From assembly GCA_003223555.1 (NCBI GenBank), contig QHVM01000082.1, forward strand, positions 163,762 to 227,761: a stretch of DNA of 64,000 nt. The letters run 5' to 3'. The notes below the pieces were generated by a model. That model searched no databases and was not told where the DNA came from. It worked only from the letters and a program-made list of their open reading frames with translations. A program made the position numbers and the translations under genes. Position 1 is the first letter of the stretch. Each line of letters begins with the position of its first letter. Below are positions 18,776 to 28,882 of this stretch, in pieces. This DNA comes from Acidobacteriota bacterium (GTDB lineage Bacteria > Acidobacteriota > Vicinamibacteria > Fen-336).

Positions 18776-19434
18776 ACTACCAGAGTGCTCCCGCCCGCCG
18801 CCTGCTGCACGTGCTTCAGCAGCAGCGACTCCGGGGCCGCGCCCACGAACTCGACGGTCTCGCCGACGACCGTCTTCGGCACCGACGAGACGCCGTACTT
18901 CTGGGCCAGCTCGGGATAGCCCGTCACCTCCACGCCGTCGGCGGTGATCTTGTCGCTCTCGATCGCGAAGCGGATGGCCAGGCGGACCGCCCGGGGACAG
19001 TAGGGTCAGGTCGGGGTCGAGAAGACCTGGAGGTGCACGGGGCGCGGCAGCTCCATGAGGGCGGCCCGTGTCTCGTCGGACAGGCCGCTGTCGCCCCGGG
19101 ACACGTCCAGGATCGCCTCGACGAGCGTCCCGAACTCGTAGCCGGACGGCAGGCCGTAGAGGCGGATGCCGTAGTCCTTGTCCTTCCCCATCACCGCGAT
19201 GGCGGGGATGCGCGCGATGCCGAGCGACTCGACCTTCTCCTTGTCGAGGACGAAATTGTACGACTCGACCGTCAGCCGGGGGTCGATGGCGGCCAGCTCC
19301 TCGACGAGGCGCCGCACCTGCTCGGACTCGGGATCGGCCAGGGCCTGGGAGAACACCGCCAGCCGCACGGGCTCGACGAGCCGGGCGAACTCCTCCTTGA
19401 GCTGGGAGGCGACGTCGTCGGTCATCAGCGGCAT
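18772..19434 (-). CDS. Two-domain thioredoxin-fold protein disulfide oxidoreductase (PDO/AhpF N-terminal-like), probable selenoprotein with UPYC motif
   Basis: MPLMTDD...GIRLYGLPSGYEFGTLVEAI...VFSTPT-TGA(19008-19006)-PYCPRAV...YPELAQKYGVSSVPKTVV...FVGAAPE, ending at stop 18774-18772. Confidence 0.88.
18978..18994 (-). promoter_or_regulatory. Putative bacterial SECIS hairpin of the Sec-oxidoreductase
   Basis: CCGGGCG-GTC-CGCCTGG on the minus strand, a 7-bp stem (one G-U) starting 11 nt after the TGA. Confidence 0.65.
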
Positions 19435-19474
19435 GCGCGAAACGTCCTCCGCCATCGAGTATAGCAAACGGCCG

Positions 19475-20674
19475 TCAGCGCACCAGGACGAGCCCGGCGG
19501 CCAGCGTCAGCAGCGTCACCGGCACCCCGACCTTCAGGTACTCGGCGAAGCCGAGCGGCGAGAGCTTGCGCGCGCCCTCGGCCACGATGAGGTTGGCGAT
19601 GGAGCCGACGAGCGTGAGGTTGCCGGCCAGCGTGGAGGCCATGGCCAGCGTGATCCACGCCCGATGGGGCTGGGGCAGGTCGGGCACGAGATGGGTGAAG
19701 AGCATGACCGCGGGAACGTTCGAGACCAGGTTCGACAGCACCGCGACGGACGCGGCGAGGGAGACCACCCCGTGGGCCTCCCGGGCGTGGAGGGCATCGA
19801 ACAGGGCATCCGTGACGCCGGCCGCCCTGGCCGCTCCGACCACCACGAACAGGCCGGCGAAGAGCGTCAGCAGGTTCCAGTTGATCTCCAGGAACACCTT
19901 CTCCGGCTTCACGCGCCGGGTGAGCAGCAGGGCGGCCCCCGCGGTGAAGGCGACCATCGAGACGTTGGCCCCCGCGAAGAACCACGCGATCATGGCCACC
20001 GAGGCGGCGAGGCTCTTCAGGGTCAGGAACGGATGGAGCCTCGCCCGCGGCTCGGCGCGGGCGGCGAACGGCCGGGCCAGCTCCCGCCGGTACACGAGCG
20101 CGATCACCGCGAAGTCGACGAGGAGACCCACCACCGCCACGGGAGCCAGGGCGGCGAAGAAGGCGCGGTAGTGCATCCCGGAGGCGACCCCGATGAGCAT
20201 GTTCTGCGGGTTGCCGGTGAGGGTGGCGGTGGAGCCGATGTTGCTGGCGGTGGCGAGCGCGATCAGGTACGGCGTCGCCCGCACGCCGAGGCCGGCGGCC
20301 ACCTCCAGCACCAGCGGGGTGAGCGCCAGGCAGACGGTGTCGTTGACGAAGACGGCCGAGAGCACGCCGGCCACCGCCACCAGCCCCGCCAGCAGCCCCC
20401 GCGGGGAGGCGGCCCGCCGCGCCACCGCCGCGGCCACCCAGCGGAAGAACCCGGCCAGGCGGAGGTGCCCGACGATCACCATGGTCCCGAAGAGGAGCAC
20501 CAGCGTGCCGAGGTCCACCATGCCGTAGGCCTGCTCGGGGGTGACGACGTGGAAGGCGACCATGAACGCCGCCCCCACCACCGCCGCTCCCGTGCGGTCG
20601 AGGCGGATGCCGGGCGCGCGGCCCAGGGCCACCACCAGGTAGGTGGCGGTGAAGATGGTCGCGGCGGTCAGCAA
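19475..20674 (-). CDS. ArsB/NhaD (ion transporter superfamily) anion permease
   Basis: SAVFVND, ASNIGSTATLTGNPQN, SNLVSNVPAV, STLAGNLTLVGSIANLIV. Confidence 0.85.
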   Translation of the reverse strand: MLTAATIFTATYLVVALGRAPGIRLDRTGAAVVGAAFMVAFHVVTPEQAYGMVDLGTLVLLFGTMVIVGHLRLAGFFRWVAAAVARRAASPRGLLAGLVAVAGVLSAVFVNDTVCLALTPLVLEVAAGLGVRATPYLIALATASNIGSTATLTGNPQNMLIGVASGMHYRAFFAALAPVAVVGLLVDFAVIALVYRRELARPFAARAEPRARLHPFLTLKSLAASVAMIAWFFAGANVSMVAFTAGAALLLTRRVKPEKVFLEINWNLLTLFAGLFVVVGAARAAGVTDALFDALHAREAHGVVSLAASVAVLSNLVSNVPAVMLFTHLVPDLPQPHRAWITLAMASTLAGNLTLVGSIANLIVAEGARKLSPLGFAEYLKVGVPVTLLTLAAGLVLVR

Positions 20675-20684
20675 GCCTTCCGCT

Positions 20685-21941
20685 TCAGACCCACTTCGGG
20701 AACCACGTCCACGGCCGGAGCCCGCCGCCGAGATCGTGGAAGTACCAGCCGGCCGGGACGGGCAGCGCGATCAGGAAGGGCAGGAAGAAGAAGAAGAGCA
20801 CGACCACGAGCGCGACGTAGCCGCGGGCCAGCGGCGCCCATCTTCCCTCCCATCCGCGGTCGAGGAGTCCCCCCAGGCTGAGGCAGGCGTACGGGATGGC
20901 CTCGAAGAGGTAGTGGCCGTAGTTGAGCGTGCGGGGCGAGATCCCCCACGGCAGGTACAGGAGGCAGAAGCCGAGGCCCGAGAACAGCCGGCGGGGATCC
21001 CGCTCGCGCGCACCCGTGCCAAGCGCCCACAGCGTGACCGGCACCGAGGCCCACCACAGCGCGGGGTTCCCGATGGCCACGATGCCGCGGATCGTCTCCC
21101 CGGTCTGCTTGAAGTGATACCAGGTCGGCCGGTACAGCCACGGCCAGGTGTACCACTTGCTGAAGTAGGGATGCGTCGCGCGGAGGTCGGAGTGGTAGCG
21201 CCAGATCGCCTGCTGCAGGGGCCACAGCTCCTTGAGCGAGTGCCCCTGCCCCTGCCGCAGCCAGGGGACGTAGCTGAGGACGTAGACCGCCACCGGCAGC
21301 ACGACGAAGGCGAGCAGGGCCAGCGCCAGCTCGCGGGGCTTGATGAGGCGCAGCCGCCGCACCGCGAGCAGCACGAGGCCCAGGAAGGAGGCCGCCCACA
21401 GGCTCGTCCAGCGCGTGGAGAGCGCGAGGCCCAGGAAGACGCCCGCCAGCGCCATGTCGGGAGCGGAGAGGCGCGGGCGGAGGGCCGCCCGCAGGATGAA
21501 CAGCGCGGCCGCCACCTGGAACAGCACCGCGAAGATGTTGGTCATCGCGATGCGGCTCTGCACGAGATAGACGCCGTCGCACAGCAGCAGCACCGAGGCG
21601 AGCACCGCGGCGCGCTCGCCGGCGGTCGCCCGCCGGGCCAGCGCATAGAACACCGGGGCCAGGGCGACCCCGGCCAGCGCGGGAAGCAGCCGCCACGCCC
21701 AGGGCACGTAACCGAACAGCCACACGCCGACCGCGATGAGGAGCTTGGCCGTCGGGGGATGCACCCACTCGGTGGGCGGCTCGCCCTTCAGGTACTGGAG
21801 GGCGGTCTTGGCGTGGTACACCTCGTCGAAGACCTCCTCGTCCGGAACGCCCAGCCGGGGGAGCCGGAAGAGCGCCGCGGCGAGGGCGAGCAGGAGCGCG
21901 ATGGCGAGGTCCCGCCGCGGCCCGGATGGGGGCAGCCTCAT
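20685..21941 (-). CDS. Protein O-mannosyltransferase-like GT39 glycosyltransferase
   Basis: FDEVYH, HPPTAK, WAWRL, QSRIAM, HPYFSKWYTWP, GNPALWW. Confidence 0.82.
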   Translation of the reverse strand: MRLPPSGPRRDLAIALLLALAAALFRLPRLGVPDEEVFDEVYHAKTALQYLKGEPPTEWVHPPTAKLLIAVGVWLFGYVPWAWRLLPALAGVALAPVFYALARRATAGERAAVLASVLLLCDGVYLVQSRIAMTNIFAVLFQVAAALFILRAALRPRLSAPDMALAGVFLGLALSTRWTSLWAASFLGLVLLAVRRLRLIKPRELALALLAFVVLPVAVYVLSYVPWLRQGQGHSLKELWPLQQAIWRYHSDLRATHPYFSKWYTWPWLYRPTWYHFKQTGETIRGIVAIGNPALWWASVPVTLWALGTGARERDPRRLFSGLGFCLLYLPWGISPRTLNYGHYLFEAIPYACLSLGGLLDRGWEGRWAPLARGYVALVVVLFFFFLPFLIALPVPAGWYFHDLGGGLRPWTWFPKWV

Positions 21942-21960
21942 CGGCGGAAGAGTATAGCGC

Positions 21961-23529
21961 TCAGTCCGCCGCGGACTTCTTCCGGAGCGCGGAGCGCGGC
22001 TCGAGCAGCTCGAGCGCGTAGGTCACGGGCACGCCGAAGGAGTTGCCGCCGAACTTCGGAAGCACCGCATACTCCACCGCGATCACCTGACCGTTCTTGT
22101 TGAAGATCGGCCCCCCGCTGCCGCCCTGGGTGGTGGGAGCGTCGAACACGATGTCGCTGCGCGTGATGTCGCCGATATGGCCCTGGGTGGTGGAGGGGCG
22201 GATGAGGCCCCGCACGCTGAGCGCCTCGGTCACCCGCTCCGAGTTGGTGCCGTGAGACTCCAGGATCTGCTTCACCACCACCGTCTCGGCCTTGGCCAGG
22301 ATGGCCTCCAGTCCCGCCGGGTAGCCCACGACCACCACCGGCTGACCGGCCACCGACCCGGTGCGCGAGCGGTCGAGGGGGAGCACGGGGATCCTCCTTC
22401 CCCCCAGCTCCACCCTCAGCAGGGCCAGGTCGACGGTGTCCGACCGTCTCTCCAGGGCCAGCTCGAAGGGCTGCTTCTGCTGGGGGAAGAACCCGCGGAG
22501 GTAGCTGAGGCGGGGCCGATAGCCCGCCTTCTGCAGCTTCTCGGCCTCGTCGTCGTTCCACCAGGGCTCGGCCAGGTGGCGGTTGGTGAGGATGAGACCC
22601 CTCGCGTCCACCAGGAAGCCGGTTCCGTAATACTCGACGGTGTGCACCGACCCGGTGCCCTCGGGGTCCAGGGCCGCCCCACCGTCGCTGTCCCGGACCG
22701 GCTCCCCGGACTCGTCCTGCCGGTACCGCAGCGGCCGGCCGGAGGCGTCGGCGAAGGCGTAGGCGCCCTGGATGAGCGCCACTCCCGCCCCGAACTCCCG
22801 GATGATGCGCTCGCCGGCCGCGCGCTCCGACTCCAGGGCCTGGAGACGCTCGCGCGTCGAGCCGAGCTCGTCCCGCAGGACCTGCACCTCGCCGCGGGCG
22901 GGATCCGTGAGCCGGCGCAGCAGCTCCGCCTCCCTTGCGCGAACCTGCTCCAGCTTCAGCCGGTCGGCGTCGCCGCGCCGGCGCTCGGCCTCGACGCGGG
23001 CCTCGAACGCGCGCCGCTCGGTGTCCGCCTGCTGCACCGCGCGGCGGAGGGTCGCCACCTCGCGGCCGAGCCGCCGCGACTGGAGATAGCTCCAGGACAG
23101 CAGGGCGAGGGCCACGATCAGCACCGCGGCCAGCGCGCGACGGAAGCTGCGGCTCGTCTGATGGACCATCCGGAAGGCCATGGTCTCGGACAGCCGCGGC
23201 GCCGCCGGCCTCCTCTCCGCCACGCGGCGAGGGGCGTCGGGGAGGCGGAAGCGGAGGCGGGGACCACCCCGGCCCAGCTCCACCGTGTCGCCGTCGCGCA
23301 GCACGGCTTCCTGGATCTCGTGGCCGGCGAGGAAGGTCCCGAGCGCCGAGCCGCTGTCGACCAGGACGACGTCCGCGTCGCGTTGGTGGAGGACGGCGTG
23401 GCGCGGGGCGAGGCCGGCGATGACCACGTCCGCCGCGGGGTCGGCCCCGATCGTGGCCGGCAGGCGGGGGACGGAAACCGAGCGGCCCTGGTCCGGGCCG
23501 CTCAGGTGCTCGAAGGCGATGCGGGTCAT
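21961..23529 (-). CDS. FHA-like domain, TM helix, coiled coil and trypsin-like (S1) serine protease
   Basis: FHA-like RHAVL...DSGSALGTF; protease GTGF, TNRHL, DLALL, GYP, QGGSGGP. Confidence 0.8.
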   Translation of the reverse strand: MTRIAFEHLSGPDQGRSVSVPRLPATIGADPAADVVIAGLAPRHAVLHQRDADVVLVDSGSALGTFLAGHEIQEAVLRDGDTVELGRGGPRLRFRLPDAPRRVAERRPAAPRLSETMAFRMVHQTSRSFRRALAAVLIVALALLSWSYLQSRRLGREVATLRRAVQQADTERRAFEARVEAERRRGDADRLKLEQVRAREAELLRRLTDPARGEVQVLRDELGSTRERLQALESERAAGERIIREFGAGVALIQGAYAFADASGRPLRYRQDESGEPVRDSDGGAALDPEGTGSVHTVEYYGTGFLVDARGLILTNRHLAEPWWNDDEAEKLQKAGYRPRLSYLRGFFPQQKQPFELALERRSDTVDLALLRVELGGRRIPVLPLDRSRTGSVAGQPVVVVGYPAGLEAILAKAETVVVKQILESHGTNSERVTEALSVRGLIRPSTTQGHIGDITRSDIVFDAPTTQGGSGGPIFNKNGQVIAVEYAVLPKFGGNSFGVPVTYALELLEPRSALRKKSAAD

Positions 23530-23530
23530 C

Positions 23531-24046
23531 TCAGTGGCCGGCCGCCTGGACGCTGCGCGCGCCGATGCGCCGCTCCACGTCGGCGGTGGCGAACCGGGTC
23601 CACCGGGAGGATCCGATGCGCAGGAAGACCTCCACCGTGGCATCGCGGAACCTCTCGTGCCGGAACATGCTTTCGGGAGGCCCGGTGGAGAAGTAGCGGC
23701 CCTCCCCCTCGGGCTTGAGCACGACGAGCGCCCGGCTGCCGGCGGGGAGGAGCTTGTCACCGGGCGCGGCCACCCTCCGCCAGGCCGAGCTCCAGATGGC
23801 GTCCTCCCCCTTGCGCCGGAAGGTCACCTGGGCCTCGACGGTGCGCTGGTCCCGGGTCCCGTTGTTGTGGACCTCGAAGCGGACGACGGGGGCGATGTAC
23901 TGCGTGTCGCCCTGCGCGGGGTCGATCGCCCAGTAGGTCTCCACGTCAGTGACCTCGAGCACGGTCCGGGGATCGGGAGAGCGGCACGCACCCGGCAGGG
24001 CGGCGAGGACGAGCACGGCCGTTCCCGTGGGTCGCTTGAGCCGCAC
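23531..24046 (-). CDS. Putative lipoprotein
   Basis: Signal peptide with PGAC lipobox-like motif; fits tightly between neighbours. Confidence 0.6.
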   Translation of the reverse strand: MRLKRPTGTAVLVLAALPGACRSPDPRTVLEVTDVETYWAIDPAQGDTQYIAPVVRFEVHNNGTRDQRTVEAQVTFRRKGEDAIWSSAWRRVAAPGDKLLPAGSRALVVLKPEGEGRYFSTGPPESMFRHERFRDATVEVFLRIGSSRWTRFATADVERRIGARSVQAAGH

Positions 24047-24057
24047 CGGCCATCATT

Positions 24058-25218
24058 CTACCGCCGGGCCGCCTCCTCCTGCCGCGGCGGGGGCGCGGCG
24101 ACCGGCATCGCGATCCGGAAGCGCGCCCCCGGACCCTCGGGCAGCAGCTCGAGGGTGCCGCCATGGTCCTCGACGAAGCGCCGGGCGACGGCCAGGCCGA
24201 GGCCGGTGCCGCCCTTCTTGCCCCGGGTGACGAAGGGCTCGAAGAGCCGGTCGCGGATCTCGGGGGGCACGCCGGGACCCTCGTCGGCCAGGGTGAGGAC
24301 GAGGCGCGGCCCGCCGTCGGCGGGCGGAGCGGGCACGAGCTCGGCCCCGAGGTGGAACCGGCCCCGGCCGCCCATGGCGTCGCGGGCGTTGGCGGCGATA
24401 TTGCTCACCACGCGGCGCAGCTTGTCGACGTCGACGGCGGCCACCACGTCCCGGGGCACGCGGAAGTCGCGCACCAGCTCCAGCGTCGGCTGCTCGGCCT
24501 GCACGCCGGCCGCCAGCTCGTCGAGTATCGCGCCGAGGGCCAGCGGGCGGCGGGCGAGGCGCCGCCCCCCGCGCGCGAAGTCCAGCGTCTCCGTCGTCAT
24601 GCGGTCCAGGCGGTCCACCATCCGGGTGATGAGCCGGGCGCGGTCGCGCACCTCCGCCGAGGATCCAGGGTCGTCGGCCAGCGATTCCGCGTAGCCGCGG
24701 ATCACCGTCATGGGGCCGCGGAAATCGTGGGCGAGCATGCCGGCCATCGTCCCGAGGGCCGCCATGCGCTCGGAGGCGATGAGCTCCCGCTGGTAGAGGT
24801 GGTTCTCGAGGGCGAGGGCGGCCCGCGCGGCGAGCGAGGACAGCTCCCGGGCCTCCACCGCGCGCAGCGGACGCCGCCGCCGCCCCCGCCGCGCCCCGAG
24901 GACCAGCATCCCCACCAGGCCGCTGCGGGCGAGCAGGGGCACCAGGACCCCGTCCCGGCTCCGCCCGGGAGGCCGGGTCGGAGTCTCGAGGAGCAAGCCG
25001 TCGGAGAGCAGGAAGCGGGCCTCCGGCGCGTCCACCATCTGGCCCGGCGCCAGGGCCTGCCCGGCCGCGCCGCCCGAGGAAAGCACCTGGAAGGAGTCGA
25101 GCTTGCGGTCCCAGAGCAGCAGCGTCGCGTCGGGCACGTCCAGGGCGGCCGGCAGCTCGCGGGTCAGCAGGCGGGCGAGGCCGTCGAGGTCCGGGACCTC
25201 CAGGACGCGGTCGGCCAT
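24058..25218 (-). CDS. Sensor histidine kinase with GAF-like input domain
   Basis: LAHDFRGP (H box), NIAANARDA, DEGPG, FEPFVT, GTGLGL. Confidence 0.88.
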   Translation of the reverse strand: MADRVLEVPDLDGLARLLTRELPAALDVPDATLLLWDRKLDSFQVLSSGGAAGQALAPGQMVDAPEARFLLSDGLLLETPTRPPGRSRDGVLVPLLARSGLVGMLVLGARRGRRRRPLRAVEARELSSLAARAALALENHLYQRELIASERMAALGTMAGMLAHDFRGPMTVIRGYAESLADDPGSSAEVRDRARLITRMVDRLDRMTTETLDFARGGRRLARRPLALGAILDELAAGVQAEQPTLELVRDFRVPRDVVAAVDVDKLRRVVSNIAANARDAMGGRGRFHLGAELVPAPPADGGPRLVLTLADEGPGVPPEIRDRLFEPFVTRGKKGGTGLGLAVARRFVEDHGGTLELLPEGPGARFRIAMPVAAPPPRQEEAARR

Positions 25219-25494
25219 CCGCCGCAGCTCGGCGGCGTGGGTGGAGAAGCGGCGCTCGTTTGACAGCTCGAAACCCCGCTCGTTATCATACGATTCCTCG
25301 CCTCGCGCCCGGCGGCAAGCCGGAGCGCGCGGGCGCCCCCGGGACTCCAGGCCTCATGGCCCCGGGTCACCCAGGATGCACCGCAGCGACTACCGGCTCT
25401 CACCGAAATTGACTGGCTCGCGGACGGCCCGCCCGGCCGCCGAACGTGCTCGCTCCGCTTCCGGGCGCCGTCCCTTTCATAAGGCTGGATTGAA

Positions 25495-26481
25495 ATGATC
25501 GAGGTCGAGAACCTCACCAAACGCTACGGCCGCACGACCGCGGTGGACGGGATCTCCTTCCGCGTGCGGAAGGGGGAGATCCTCGGCTTCCTCGGCCCCA
25601 ACGGGGCGGGGAAGACCACCACCATGCGCATCCTCACCGGCTACCTGCCGCCCACCGAGGGCACGGCCCGCGTGGCCGGCTACGACGTCTTCGAGGCGCC
25701 GATCGAGGTGAAGAAGCGCGTGGGCTACATCCCGGAGACGCCGCCCCTCTATCCGGACATGGAGGTGGACGAGTTCCTGGACTTCTGCGCGAAGATCAAG
25801 GGCATCCCCGGCCCGTCGCGCAAGGGCAAGATCGACGAGGCGGTCGACAAGACCCGCGTCGGCGACGTCCGCGGCCGGCTCATCGGCCGGCTGTCCAAGG
25901 GCTACCGCCAGCGGGTGGGCCTGGCCCAGGCCATCCTGAACAACCCCGACGTCCTCATCCTCGACGAGCCGACCGCGGGCCTCGATCCCAAGCAGATCAT
26001 CGAGACCCGCGAGCTCATCAAGGGGCTGGGGGGCGACCACACGATCGTGCTCTCCACGCACATCCTGCCCGAGGTCTCCATGACCTGCGGTCGGGTGGTG
26101 ATCATCAACAAGGGCAAGGTGGTGGCCGAGGACACGCCGGAGAACCTCACCCGCCGCCTGCGCGGCGCGGGAGCGCTGCGCGTCGACGTGCGGGGCGAGG
26201 CGACCGCGGCCGCCGAGGCGGTCCGCTCGGTACCCGGGGTGGTCTCGGTCCGTCCCCGTCCCGAGTCGGCGGGGGTGGCGACGCTGGAGGTGGAGGCGGA
26301 GCCGGGACGGGACGTGCGGCCGGACATCGCGCGCGCGGTGGTCTCGCGCGGCCTCGACCTGCTCGCCCTGCACCAGGTGGGCATGAGCCTGGAGGAGATC
26401 TTCCTCCACCTCACCACCACCGACGCCGCCCGCGCCGAAGCCCCCCCGGCCGCCCCGCGCTCCGCGGAGGTGACGGCATGA
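25495..26481 (+). CDS. ABC transporter ATP-binding protein (GldA-like)
   Basis: GPNGAGKTT, LSKGYRQR, LDEPTAGLDP. Confidence 0.92.
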   Translation: MIEVENLTKRYGRTTAVDGISFRVRKGEILGFLGPNGAGKTTTMRILTGYLPPTEGTARVAGYDVFEAPIEVKKRVGYIPETPPLYPDMEVDEFLDFCAKIKGIPGPSRKGKIDEAVDKTRVGDVRGRLIGRLSKGYRQRVGLAQAILNNPDVLILDEPTAGLDPKQIIETRELIKGLGGDHTIVLSTHILPEVSMTCGRVVIINKGKVVAEDTPENLTRRLRGAGALRVDVRGEATAAAEAVRSVPGVVSVRPRPESAGVATLEVEAEPGRDVRPDIARAVVSRGLDLLALHQVGMSLEEIFLHLTTTDAARAEAPPAAPRSAEVTA

Positions 26482-27269
26482 CCTCGCTCCGCAACGTGGC
26501 GGCGATCGTCGAGAAGGAGTGGCGCCACTACTTCGGCAGCCCGATCGCCTACGTCTCGCTGACCGTGTGGGCGCTGCTGTTCGGCATCTTCTTCTACTTC
26601 GCGTTCTCGTTCTTCCTGCGGGAGTCCATGATGGCCGCCCAGCAGATGGAGTTCGGGGGCGGCCCCAAGATGTCCCTGAACGAGCTGCTGATCCGTCCCG
26701 TGATGCACAACATGGCGGTGGTGGCCCTGTTCCTGGCCCCGATGCTCACGATGCGGCTGTTCGCCGAGGAGAAGCGGCAGGGGACGATCGAGCTGCTCGC
26801 CACCGCGCCCCTGACCGACCTCCAGATCGTCCTCGGCAAGTTCCTGGCCGCGGCCGGCCTCTACGGCCTCATGATCCTGGCCGGCCTGGTCGACCTGGCC
26901 CTCATCTGGCACTACGCGTCGACGCCCCCCGAGTGGAAGCCCGTGCTGACCGGCGCTCTCGCCCTGCTGCTCTTCGGGTCGTGCTTCCTCGCCCTGGGGG
27001 TGTTCGTCTCCACCCTCACCCGCAACCAGATCGTGGCCGGCATCCTGTCGTTCTGCCTCTTCCTCGGCGTGTGGACGCTGGGCTGGGCCGACGATCCCGG
27101 GGCGGGGCCGGTCATGAAGGCGATCGCCTACCTCGGGGTGACCACGCACATGGAAGACATGGTCAAAGGGGTGGTGGACCTGAAGGACGTCGTCTTCTAC
27201 CTGAGCTTCATCGCCTTCGGCCTGTTCCTGGCCCACCAATCGGTGCAGAGCCAGCGGTGGAGGGCATGA
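26478..27269 (+). CDS. ABC-2 type permease (GldF-like)
   Basis: YFGSPIAY, TMRLFAEEKRQGTIELL, GKF, TRNQI. Confidence 0.88.
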   Translation: MTSLRNVAAIVEKEWRHYFGSPIAYVSLTVWALLFGIFFYFAFSFFLRESMMAAQQMEFGGGPKMSLNELLIRPVMHNMAVVALFLAPMLTMRLFAEEKRQGTIELLATAPLTDLQIVLGKFLAAAGLYGLMILAGLVDLALIWHYASTPPEWKPVLTGALALLLFGSCFLALGVFVSTLTRNQIVAGILSFCLFLGVWTLGWADDPGAGPVMKAIAYLGVTTHMEDMVKGVVDLKDVVFYLSFIAFGLFLAHQSVQSQRWRA

Positions 27270-28882
27270 TGAAGAGGGCCATCGACCTGCTCGCTCCCCT
27301 CGGCCTGGCCGTCATCGTCGGGTCCGAGGCGTGGCAGCGCTCCGGCCACGCGCTGCCCGGCAAGCCCGACGCCTACCTCATCGCGGGGGCCGCCCTGATC
27401 CTCGCCCACCTGCTGCTGCGCTGGGAGGACGTCTCGAAACGGGTGGGCCGCCGGCAGATGAAGTACGGGGCCAACACCGCCGTGCTGGTGGTGGCCGTCG
27501 TCGGCATCCTCGGCTTCGTCAACTACCTCGTCTACCGCCACACCAAGCGGTGGGACCTCACGAAGAACAAGCGTTACAGCCTCTCCGACCAGACGAAGAA
27601 GGTGCTGGCCGGGCTCAAGGAGGACGTCAAGATCACCTACTTCCAGCGCTCGGCGGAGAGGACGGCGGCCCAGGACCGCATGAAGGAGTATCAGGCCGCT
27701 TCCCCGAGGGTGAAGGTCGAGTTCGTGGACCCGGTGGCGAGCCCGGCCAAGGCCCAGGCCTACGAGGTGCGCGGCCCGTGGCCGATCCTGGTGGTGGAGC
27801 GGGGCGGCAAGCGCGAGAAGGCCACCAACGATTCCGAGCAGGACCTCACCAACGCCTTCATCAAGGTGACCCGCGAGAAGAAGAAGACGGTCTGCTTCGT
27901 GGAGGGCGAGGGCGAGCGGGACATGGACGACGGCGCCGACGGCGGCTTCTCGGCCGTCAAGACCGCCCTCGGCAAGAGCCAGTACGAGACGAAGAAGGTG
28001 CTGCTGGCCCGCGAGCCCGCCGTCCCCGCCGACTGCACGGTGATGGTGGTGGCCGGGCCCCAGCGCGACCTGCTGCCGACCGAGATCGACGCCCTGCGCC
28101 GCTACGCGAAGGGCGGCGGGAAACTGCTCGTGATGTCGGAGCCGGAGGTGAAGTTCCCCACGCCCAACCTGGACGCGCTGGCCAAGGAGTTCAACATCGA
28201 GCTCAGCAAGGACATCGTGGTGGACGTCTCCCCGGTGGGGCAGATCTTCGGGACGGGGGCCCTCACGCCCATCGCCGCCTCGTATCCCTTCCACGAGATC
28301 ACCAAGGACTTCCGGGTCATGACGGTCTTCCATACCGCGCGGAGCGCCGAGGCCGGCAAGGGCACCGTGGAGGGCGTGACCGTGCAGAACCTCCTCCAGA
28401 CCTCTCCCGCGTCGTGGGCGGAGACCGACCTCACCCTGAAGGAGCCGGTGGAGATGAACGAGGGCAAGGACCGCAAGGGACCGATCTCTCTCGGCGCGGT
28501 GGCCACCGTCAAGGCCAGCCCTCCGGCCCCACCGGCGCCGGCCTCGCCGCCCTCTTCGCCGTCGCCCGCCGCGTCGGTGTCTCCTTCCCCCGCCGAGGAG
28601 CCGCCGGCGCCCGCCGAGGGCCGGGTGGTCGTCCTCGGCGACAGCGACTTCGCCACCAACGCGCTGCTCGGCTTCCAGGGCAACCAGGACTTCTTCCTCA
28701 ACACGGTGGCCTGGCTGGCCCAGGACGTCGACCTCATCTCCATCCGGGCCAAGGAACCCGAGGACCAGCGGCTGTTCGTCACCCGGCAGCAGCAGCAGAA
28801 CGTGCTTCTCGTCTCGCTGCTCCTCGTGCCGGGCGCTTTCGTGGTCATGGGCATCGCCGCCTGGTGGAAGCGCCGCGGATGA
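27266..28882 (+). CDS. GldG-like ABC transporter auxiliary component
   Basis: WDLTKNKRYSLSDQT, EQDLTNA, VAGPQ, GRVVVLGDSDF, NQDFFLNTVAWL; ATGA overlap with upstream gene. Confidence 0.85.
   Translation: MMKRAIDLLAPLGLAVIVGSEAWQRSGHALPGKPDAYLIAGAALILAHLLLRWEDVSKRVGRRQMKYGANTAVLVVAVVGILGFVNYLVYRHTKRWDLTKNKRYSLSDQTKKVLAGLKEDVKITYFQRSAERTAAQDRMKEYQAASPRVKVEFVDPVASPAKAQAYEVRGPWPILVVERGGKREKATNDSEQDLTNAFIKVTREKKKTVCFVEGEGERDMDDGADGGFSAVKTALGKSQYETKKVLLAREPAVPADCTVMVVAGPQRDLLPTEIDALRRYAKGGGKLLVMSEPEVKFPTPNLDALAKEFNIELSKDIVVDVSPVGQIFGTGALTPIAASYPFHEITKDFRVMTVFHTARSAEAGKGTVEGVTVQNLLQTSPASWAETDLTLKEPVEMNEGKDRKGPISLGAVATVKASPPAPPAPASPPSSPSPAASVSPSPAEEPPAPAEGRVVVLGDSDFATNALLGFQGNQDFFLNTVAWLAQDVDLISIRAKEPEDQRLFVTRQQQQNVLLVSLLLVPGAFVVMGIAAWWKRRG

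Noticed and set aside
19475..20674. Arsenic resistance operon (ArsB-like permease, ArsN2-like GNAT at 52381)
   Set aside because: The genes are ~32 kb apart with no arsR or arsC; both families have broad functions.
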